From the NCBI GenBank assembly GCA_022842085.1, contig JALHQF010000001.1:1-33530 (forward strand): a DNA stretch of 33,530 nucleotides. The letters are read 5' to 3'. Shown here in pieces: positions 15,008-21,648 of this stretch. The DNA comes from Patescibacteria group bacterium. GTDB taxonomy: Bacteria > Patescibacteriota > UBA1384 > CAILIB01. The translations under genes and the position numbers were made by a program. Numbering within the stretch: position 1 is the first letter of the stretch; each line of letters opens with the position of its first letter. The notes beneath the pieces are model-generated. The model ran no database searches. It saw only the letters and a program-made list of their open reading frames with translations, and was not told the origin of the DNA.

Positions 15008-16273
15008 ATGACACCTGCGTCATCTCTCCCTACCCCTCCTGTCCGTTGGCTGCTCAGTCTTGGTGGTGCACTCACCGTTCTCGGTGTCTACCTCGTTGTA
15101 CGGAGCAGCTGGTCTGATCTCGCCCCAGTTGCTCGCATGCTCCTCGTGCTGGTTCCACTCATTGCCACCTATGCGATGGCATGGTCTGCAAACAAGCGTG
15201 AAGCAACCCGAAGCTTTGTCGATGAGCTCCTGCTGACAGCCGGCCTCATCCTGCCATTTTCGGTAGGCGCAGCCTTGGTGCAAGTGGGTGCCTTTGAGGG
15301 ATGGACATCACTCCTCACCTTTTCGATGGCGATGCTCACCCTTGCGGTAGCAAAGCTGTTAAACATCGTTTGGGGACAGGATAAGCAATCGGCACTCGTC
15401 GCACTCAGTGCGATCGTGGCATCAATTAGCCTCGGCAGCCACTTGAGTGCTCCACTCGGCTGGCACCTCATTGCACTCGCCGTAATCGGGCTGGGACTAC
15501 TCGGACTTGGTATTTGGAAAGGCGTAGCAAGTGCCTGGGAACGCACTTCCTACCACCGGATTGGCATGTCGCTTTTCGTGCTTGGTGGCTTTATCGCACC
15601 GTTTGCCCTCACCATGGAGCGGGGCATAAATATCGGCCTCACCTACTTCTTGGGATACGCTAGCTTTGGAATTCTCGCCCTAGCTATTGCCGCAAGTATC
15701 GGTAAAAGGTACGAGGCAACGCTACCCGATACCCTCCTGTACGAGCACCGCACCCTGGCAGAATGGAGCGCAGGTATCGCACTTTCGGCCGGCATGCTCC
15801 TGGCCGGAACGCAGGGTACCGCTGGCGAAATCATAGCCGGACTCGTAGTCTCCCTTGGCCTGCTTGCCCTTGGCTACAGTATCCCCTTCCGCCCGTACCG
15901 CTTCCTCGGTGGGGCTGCCTCTGTGCTCCTCGTGTTCGTACTGCTCATCGACACACTCGATGACTTACTTGCCTACTGGCCAGTTGCCCTTGTAACACTT
16001 GGAATCGGCGCCATGTGGTATGCACTACGAATCGCCGGCCGACAAACAGGAGCCGAAAAAGAAGGTGCTTTATCTACGGGTGAGCCCTGGAATAACATCG
16101 GCAAACCCTTGCCACAGCCGGCCATTCGAAACCACGCAGACGACGCGCATCCCGACACCCTTGCTGGTGGCTTACCCTACCCACCAGCACGCGGCGAAAA
16201 GAGCGACTCTACGAGTGGCTGGGCGAGTGTCGGTATCCTTATCGGCATCCTCCTCTTCCTTTCGATCCTGTAG
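15008..16273 (+). CDS. Polytopic integral membrane protein (about 11-12 TM) with a Pro-rich cytoplasmic loop before the last TM
   Basis: Continuous series of hydrophobic helices. The start is moved from the track's 14843 to ATG at 15008 (MTPASSLPTPPVRWLLSLGGAL...). It ends 9 nt before the phosphorylase gene. Confidence 0.75.
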   Translation: MTPASSLPTPPVRWLLSLGGALTVLGVYLVVRSSWSDLAPVARMLLVLVPLIATYAMAWSANKREATRSFVDELLLTAGLILPFSVGAALVQVGAFEGWTSLLTFSMAMLTLAVAKLLNIVWGQDKQSALVALSAIVASISLGSHLSAPLGWHLIALAVIGLGLLGLGIWKGVASAWERTSYHRIGMSLFVLGGFIAPFALTMERGINIGLTYFLGYASFGILALAIAASIGKRYEATLPDTLLYEHRTLAEWSAGIALSAGMLLAGTQGTAGEIIAGLVVSLGLLALGYSIPFRPYRFLGGAASVLLVFVLLIDTLDDLLAYWPVALVTLGIGAMWYALRIAGRQTGAEKEGALSTGEPWNNIGKPLPQPAIRNHADDAHPDTLAGGLPYPPARGEKSDSTSGWASVGILIGILLFLSIL

Positions 16274-16276
16274 ACT
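16271..16276 (+). promoter_or_regulatory. Candidate -10 hexamer TAGACT, 6 nt upstream of the phosphorylase ATG; it contains the stop codon of the upstream gene
   Basis: TAGACT TAGCCC ATG. Confidence 0.35.
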
Positions 16277-16282
16277 TAGCCC

Positions 16283-17971
16283 ATGCCTGGAGGGGATCAC
16301 AGCATTGCTTACCTCTGTGCCGAGTTTGGCCTCGGTGACCACCTGCCAATCTACGCAGGTGGCCTTGGTGTTCTCGCGGGAGACCTCCTCCTCGAGGCCG
16401 CCGCTCAGCAGGTTCCGCTAGTAGGCGTTGGACTGTTCTACCCACTTGGCACGTTCCACCAGGACGTTGACGCGCGTGGTCAACACGAGTCCACCACCCG
16501 TACCGACCCACGGCAGGTGCCGCTCGAACTGGTGCAAGACGGAAGTGGTGAAACGCTACTTACCCCTGTTCCTCTGGGTAATCGTGATATCTACCTGCAA
16601 GCTTGGCGATACCAGCGCGGAGGCGTAACCCTCTACCTCCTCGATAGCGACCACTGGCAGAACAGCCCTGAAGACCGCGCCATTACCGCCCAGCTCTACG
16701 GTGGAGACCAGCGAACCCGAATCCAGCAAGAAGTACTGCTTGGCATTGGCGGCTACCGTTTCCTCAAGCGTATGGGACACGCTCCGAAGACCTGGCACCT
16801 CAACGAGGGTCATGCTGCCTTTGCCGGCCTCGAACTCGTAAGTGAAGCCTGCGCAGCAGGTGATGCGCCAGAGCTTGGCCGTCGCAAGGTAAGTGGCAGC
16901 TTGGTGTATACCAACCATACGGTAGTTCCAGCTGGTAACGATGCATTCTCGATAGAGCTCGTCACGGAAACCCTCGAGCGGTACGCCTTCCAGAGCAACC
17001 TCTCGATGCACGATATTCTCAACTGGGGAGCCGAACCTGGGGAGCCAGGCCGCTTTAGCATGACACGCCTTGCGCTGCGCCTCGCAGGCACTTCGAGCGC
17101 GGTGAGTCGCTTACATGGGCAGGTTGCCCGCCAAATTTGGCCAGAGCACTCGTTTACACCGGTAACCAACGGCGTACACTTGCCGCGCTGGGTGGGAGAA
17201 GAGCTTACGGAACTCCTCAATGAGTATGCTCCAGCTTGGCAGACTCGAGCACACGACCCACGCACCTGGCTTGCCGTACGACGCATGTCGCTCCCCCTCT
17301 TCTGGGATGCAAAATTGGCCGCCAAGGGTCGGCTTGTACAGTACGTTCAACACGAGACTGGGATACTCCTCGACAACGAACAGCCTATCGTGGTGTGGGC
17401 ACGGCGTTTCGCAACGTACAAACGACCAGATCTCTTGCTTACCGACCTGGAGAAGCTCCGCACCCTCCTGGCACGCGGTCTTCAGGTTATATACGCAGGG
17501 AAAGCTCATCCAAGTGATACGCAGGGCAAGGAGATCCTCCGCCACATCGCTGAACTCTCTTTCGGTGAGTTTAGAGGAAAGCTGGTATTTCTCGAAGGCT
17601 ACTCGCTTACCCTTACCCAGCTTCTGGTACAAGGTGCAGACATTTGGCTCAACACTCCAATCGAGGGCCATGAAGCAAGCGGTACGAGTGGCATGAAAGC
17701 GGCGGCAAACGGCGCTATTCAGGTAACTACCAATGATGGCTGGGCCGCCGAGGTGGACTGGTACGGCATGGGCATGGTGATTCCCGAAGGTGCCGCCGCA
17801 GCCGAAGGTCTCTACCAACACCTTGGTAAGCTCATGGATCTCTACCAGCGACGCCATAATGGCGTGCCCGAGCGATTTGTGGCCATGCAGCGCGAAACCC
17901 TAGTTGAGGTGAGTGGACCCTTCTCTGCCACGCGCATGCTAAGGGAGTACGAGGAAAAGCTCTGGAACTAG
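16283..17971 (+). CDS. glgP: Alpha-glucan phosphorylase (GT35, short type)
   Basis: N-terminal IAYLCAEFGL..LPIYAGGLGVLAGD. PLP-lysine motif EASGTSGMKAAANGA. VYTNHT. Confidence 0.9.
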   Translation: MPGGDHSIAYLCAEFGLGDHLPIYAGGLGVLAGDLLLEAAAQQVPLVGVGLFYPLGTFHQDVDARGQHESTTRTDPRQVPLELVQDGSGETLLTPVPLGNRDIYLQAWRYQRGGVTLYLLDSDHWQNSPEDRAITAQLYGGDQRTRIQQEVLLGIGGYRFLKRMGHAPKTWHLNEGHAAFAGLELVSEACAAGDAPELGRRKVSGSLVYTNHTVVPAGNDAFSIELVTETLERYAFQSNLSMHDILNWGAEPGEPGRFSMTRLALRLAGTSSAVSRLHGQVARQIWPEHSFTPVTNGVHLPRWVGEELTELLNEYAPAWQTRAHDPRTWLAVRRMSLPLFWDAKLAAKGRLVQYVQHETGILLDNEQPIVVWARRFATYKRPDLLLTDLEKLRTLLARGLQVIYAGKAHPSDTQGKEILRHIAELSFGEFRGKLVFLEGYSLTLTQLLVQGADIWLNTPIEGHEASGTSGMKAAANGAIQVTTNDGWAAEVDWYGMGMVIPEGAAAAEGLYQHLGKLMDLYQRRHNGVPERFVAMQRETLVEVSGPFSATRMLREYEEKLWN

Positions 17972-17976
17972 CAAAA

Positions 17977-17997
17977 GCCCAGCCGCTATGGCTGGGC
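17977..17997. terminator. 8-bp stem hairpin between convergent glgP and the acyltransferase gene; the acyltransferase stop codon lies in the loop
   Basis: gcccagcc / loop gctat / ggctgggc. AAAA lies 5' on the + strand, giving a U-tract for the minus-strand transcript. Confidence 0.6.
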
Positions 17998-18621
17998 GCT
18001 CTTCGTTGCCTGATCGATGAGGGCCTGAAAGAACCCTTCGTCAGGAGGGAGGAACACCGCTCCCTGAAACGTAATGCTCGGAAACCACCCCCAGCGCATG
18101 CGCACACCAAAGGGCACGAGGATCGCACCCGAGCTCCTCATGAGAGCAGGAACGCTCTGAAGCACAGGCGCACAGCCGCTGCTGGGATCGTATCCAGCGC
18201 ACTTCCACGTATAGGTGCCATGGGGGTAGAGAATGATGGACTCACCCTGCTCTTTAAGCACCCGCAGTAGGGTGCGGTATGCCTGGCTCCGCTGCTCCCC
18301 TGAGCTGCGGTCTACAAACACACACCGTCCAACATCACCGTACAGCCACTTTAGGAAACGATTTCCCTCGTACTGGCTCTTTGCTACATAGCGATAGGAC
18401 ACCCGAAGGCGCAGCATGCACCACACCAGCATGGCCTGCTCCAGCCAGCAGAGGTGGTTGCCAGCAAAGATCACCGGAAGGGCGTGCTTCTTTGCGTGAG
18501 CACAGGCAACCTTTGCGTGCTGAAAACCGTGGACACGAGACCCAAAAAGGTAGCTAAGCGCACTGAGTGATCCGGAGAGAACGCAGCGCACCAACGTGTT
18601 AACCGAGTTCAAAAGGTTCAT
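17986..18621 (-). CDS. Lysophospholipid (PlsC-type) acyltransferase family protein with substituted catalytic motifs
   Basis: Block I is FAGNHLCWLEQ (H-x4-E instead of H-x4-D). Block II is YVAKSQ...GRCVFVDR. Block III is YPHGTY (instead of FPEGTR). Block IV is ILVPFGV. Confidence 0.65.
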   Translation of the reverse strand: MNLLNSVNTLVRCVLSGSLSALSYLFGSRVHGFQHAKVACAHAKKHALPVIFAGNHLCWLEQAMLVWCMLRLRVSYRYVAKSQYEGNRFLKWLYGDVGRCVFVDRSSGEQRSQAYRTLLRVLKEQGESIILYPHGTYTWKCAGYDPSSGCAPVLQSVPALMRSSGAILVPFGVRMRWGWFPSITFQGAVFLPPDEGFFQALIDQATKSAQP

Positions 18622-18627
18622 GGCGCG

Positions 18628-18633
18628 ACCATA
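18628..18633 (-). promoter_or_regulatory. Candidate -10 hexamer TATGGT, 6 nt upstream of the acyltransferase ATG
   Basis: The reverse strand reads TATGGT CGCGCC ATG. Confidence 0.4.
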
Positions 18634-18671
18634 GCGGAACCTATGAGAGCTGTCATGTCCTGTCGTACACT

Positions 18672-19766
18672 ATGTACGTGCCAAAGCATCTGCAAATCGA
18701 CTACTCACGCCTCCTCCAACACCACCTGGGAATCTTGGAGTCGATGCAAACCAAGAACGGCCTGTTCCTTGCTTCTCCCGTAGGCGTGTCTACTGGATAC
18801 GACAAGGCATGGCTGCGCGATAACTTCTACGAGTGCATGGCGTTTGAGTACGTCGGCCGCTGGGATGTGGTACACAAAACCTACCGTGCCATTCTCAACA
18901 TCTTCCTCAAGCACGAGGAGAAAATCGATTGGGCAATCTCCCACAAGCCAACCGAGAAGTTCCAATACATCCACCCTCGATACAACCCGGAAACTTTCGA
19001 TGAGTTTTGGGAAGAGTGGGGCAACAAGCAACACGACGCAATCGGAGCCATCCTCTTTCGCATTGGCGAGCTCGAAGACCACCTCGGGTTCACGGTGATT
19101 GAATCACCCGACGATAAGCGGATTATTCAGAAACTCGTCGACTACCTTGCGGCAATTCGCTACTGGGAAGACCCAGACAATGGGGTATGGGAAGAGAACG
19201 AAGAGGTGCACGCATCGTCCGTCGGCGCCTGTGTAGCAGGGCTCAAGAAGATACAGTCCCTCGATCTCTTCCATGTGCCGGATGAGCTCATTTCTCAGGG
19301 TGAAGCCACTCTGCGCCGCCTCCTCCCACGCGAGAGTGAGGGAAAGTTTGTCGATCTCGCCGAGCTCAGTCTCATCTACCCTTTTGACGTAGTAACTCCC
19401 CAAGAACGTGACCGCATCCTGGAGAACGTGGAGTACCACCTCGTAAAGGAGCGGGGCGTACTCCGCTACAAGGGCGACTACTACTACAACGCCGACGTCG
19501 ACGGCAAGTCACAGGAGGCTGAGTGGACGTTTGGCTTCTCGTGGCTTGCGATCATCTACGAGCGGATGGGCAATAAGGATAAGGCGAAGCACTACCTGCG
19601 GGAGGCTATGGGTACGATCAACGCGATCGGCGATATCCCGGAGCTCTACTACAGCAACTCACCCGCCCACAACGAGAACTCCCCTCTCGGCTGGAGTGAG
19701 AGCATGTTTGTCATTGCGCTCCTACGCTTCTACGACCAGTGGGTAGTTCCAACACCAAAACCATGA
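18672..19766 (+). CDS. Stand-alone GH15 (alpha/alpha)6 domain protein, phosphorylase-kinase alpha/beta N-terminal-like
   Basis: GLFLASPVGVSTGYDKAWLRDNFYE, IHPRYNPET...WGNKQHDAIG, NGVWEENEEVHASSVGACVAGL, LLPRESEGKFVDLAELSL, EAEWTFGFSWLAI, IPELYY and PLGWSESMFVIAL. Each has a collinear counterpart in the human PHKA N-terminal domain as I recall it. TACACT at 18666-18671 abuts the ATG, so GTG at 18678 may be the leaderless start. Confidence 0.85.
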   Translation: MYVPKHLQIDYSRLLQHHLGILESMQTKNGLFLASPVGVSTGYDKAWLRDNFYECMAFEYVGRWDVVHKTYRAILNIFLKHEEKIDWAISHKPTEKFQYIHPRYNPETFDEFWEEWGNKQHDAIGAILFRIGELEDHLGFTVIESPDDKRIIQKLVDYLAAIRYWEDPDNGVWEENEEVHASSVGACVAGLKKIQSLDLFHVPDELISQGEATLRRLLPRESEGKFVDLAELSLIYPFDVVTPQERDRILENVEYHLVKERGVLRYKGDYYYNADVDGKSQEAEWTFGFSWLAIIYERMGNKDKAKHYLREAMGTINAIGDIPELYYSNSPAHNENSPLGWSESMFVIALLRFYDQWVVPTPKP

Positions 19767-21016
19767 ACCAGTACCTAACCCCCGAGCTGCTCGCCTGGAT
19801 CCGCGAAGCACGTGCCGCCGGCCAAACCGAAGTGCAGCTCACAGAGGCCCTCCTAGCACAGGGCTGGCCAGCAAGCATGGCGGCGCAGGTGCTCAGCGAG
19901 AGTGGCGCAGCAAAGCCGGCAAGGCGCCGATCACTTGTACCCCTCATCGCGAGCATCAGTGTTCTCCTCGTAGCAGGCGCCGGCACGGCAGCAGCTAGCT
20001 ACCAGGGCTACCTCCCTGCGGTTTCTCGCCTTGCCGAGCCAGCGGTGGTAAACGAGGAGCAAGCCACCAGGCTAACCGAGGCCCTCATTGCACTTGCCGA
20101 GAGTGGCGCCAAGCTTCCTAACCGCGCCTTTAGCCTGAAGGTTTCCTACACTCCTTCCAGCACACTTACCGAAGGTGGCGTAGTGGGTACAGTTTCCCAA
20201 GCCTACGCAGCAGTTGATGGAGAGGAGGAGCTCTTCACCGAGGAGCCGTTCACCGCCGAAGCGCCCGAGCTTCCGCAAATCCAGCTCTTTGCCGACCTCA
20301 CGGCAATTGAAGAACAGCTCACAGAAGTTGCCATTGAAACCCTCCCGCTTGAAATTGAGCTTACCGGCTCGGTGTATGAAACACTCGCTGCGAAAGCCGA
20401 TCTGAGCATCAACCTGGAGTCTCTGGCTGCACAGGTGCCCGCTTGGCCAGCGACCTTCCCCAAGAAACCGGTGCTTTCACTTGCCATTCCTGAAGGAGGC
20501 ACCAGTGCATTCATCAGCAGTAACCTCCCACTGTACGTCGTTGGCGAAACACCTCCCCCAATAACCTGGTACGAACTCAATATCCCCGCCGATGAGTTCG
20601 TGAGTGGCGATGCCCTCAACCTAATGCCTGCACTGGGGGAGGCTGACAAAGCACAGATGGCGGATGCTGCACGTAAGCTAGTCCCCTACGTTAGCTATAG
20701 TGGGATTGTGCGCTACAACGATCAGCCAGCACACAAGCTACAGATTAGCCTCAATCGCGCGGCCATAGAGGCACTCAATGCCGAAGGGAGCGGGCTATTT
20801 CCTGCTGCAAACGACGCGCTCTCCGCACAAATTGATCTCATACTCCACCGTGATAGCAAGGCACTCCTCGACGCAGCGCTGCAGGCTACCTATACCTCGG
20901 ACGCTGTCGGAAAGATTGAGGTACGAGTTGCCCAGAAAGAGACACTCCTCGCCCCAGTTCCAACCCCTTCACCAGTCGCCCCAATCGAAGATCTCATCGG
21001 TTCGATTGGATTCTAG
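19763..21016 (+). CDS. Hypothetical single-pass membrane-anchored protein (small N-terminal helical domain, one TM, roughly 330-aa extracytoplasmic domain)
   Basis: The start is moved to ATG at 19763 (ATGA overlap with the GH15 stop): MNQYLTPELLAWIREARAAGQTEVQLTEALLAQGWPASMAAQVL. The TM segment is LVPLIASISVLLVAGAGTAAA. No family recognised. Confidence 0.7.
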   Translation: MNQYLTPELLAWIREARAAGQTEVQLTEALLAQGWPASMAAQVLSESGAAKPARRRSLVPLIASISVLLVAGAGTAAASYQGYLPAVSRLAEPAVVNEEQATRLTEALIALAESGAKLPNRAFSLKVSYTPSSTLTEGGVVGTVSQAYAAVDGEEELFTEEPFTAEAPELPQIQLFADLTAIEEQLTEVAIETLPLEIELTGSVYETLAAKADLSINLESLAAQVPAWPATFPKKPVLSLAIPEGGTSAFISSNLPLYVVGETPPPITWYELNIPADEFVSGDALNLMPALGEADKAQMADAARKLVPYVSYSGIVRYNDQPAHKLQISLNRAAIEALNAEGSGLFPAANDALSAQIDLILHRDSKALLDAALQATYTSDAVGKIEVRVAQKETLLAPVPTPSPVAPIEDLIGSIGF

Positions 21017-21613
21017 ATGAGCGCTATTCTGCACGGGACGAGGCACCTCGTATCGGTAGATCCGGTACTCGCTCGCACCATTGTCCAAGTTGGCGCATGC
21101 ACCTTGCAACCTAACGGCAGCCTCTACCCCGAACTCCTGGAAAGCATCGTCTCGCAGCAGCTGTCCGTTAAAGCCGCGGAAACCATTTGGGGGCGCATCA
21201 AGGAACACTACGGCGGTACCCCAACCCCAAGCCAGCTCTTACAAACTCCCGAGGACGCTCTGCGGAGCTGTGGCCTAGCGAGTAGTAAGGTTCGTGGCAT
21301 GCGCGCCGTAGGCGAAGCTGAGCTTTCGGGAGAACTCACCCGGATCGCTAGTTTAAGCACTCCGGAGGCCGAAGAGTCGCTCGTCAAGCTGCGTGGCGTT
21401 GGGCCCTGGACAGCCTCCGTGGCCCTACTCTTTGGTCTTGGTCGCTTAGACCTGCTGCCGGTGAGCGATCTTGGCCTCCAGCGGGGCGTACAACGCGCGT
21501 ATGGCCTCTCAAAGCGTCCAAACTCATCTGAACTCACCAAGCTTGCAAACGACAACTCTTGGCACCCCTACGCAGGCCTAGCCACTTGGTACATTTGGAA
21601 GGCGTGGGCATAG
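21017..21613 (+). CDS. HhH-GPD DNA glycosylase (DNA-3-methyladenine glycosylase II, AlkA-like)
   Basis: SIVSQQLSVKAAETIWGRI and the HhH motif LVKLRGVGPWTASVALLFGLGRLDLLPVSDLGLQRGV. The ATG directly abuts the upstream TAG. Confidence 0.85.
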   Translation: MSAILHGTRHLVSVDPVLARTIVQVGACTLQPNGSLYPELLESIVSQQLSVKAAETIWGRIKEHYGGTPTPSQLLQTPEDALRSCGLASSKVRGMRAVGEAELSGELTRIASLSTPEAEESLVKLRGVGPWTASVALLFGLGRLDLLPVSDLGLQRGVQRAYGLSKRPNSSELTKLANDNSWHPYAGLATWYIWKAWA

Positions 21614-21621
21614 AAAAGTGA

Positions 21622-21642
21622 CGCCACCCCGAGGGGTAGCGC
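21622..21642. terminator. Imperfect hairpin between convergent alkA-like and thyX genes
   Basis: cgccacccc / gag / ggggtagcg (9-bp stem, one C-A mismatch) in the 35-bp gap. Confidence 0.4.
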
Positions 21643-21648
21643 CAAGTG

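Noticed and set aside
17111-17857. 248-aa minus-strand ORF (and 16556..17011, 16810..17325)
   Set aside because: They are antisense to the alpha-glucan phosphorylase gene, which has an unambiguous PLP-lysine motif.
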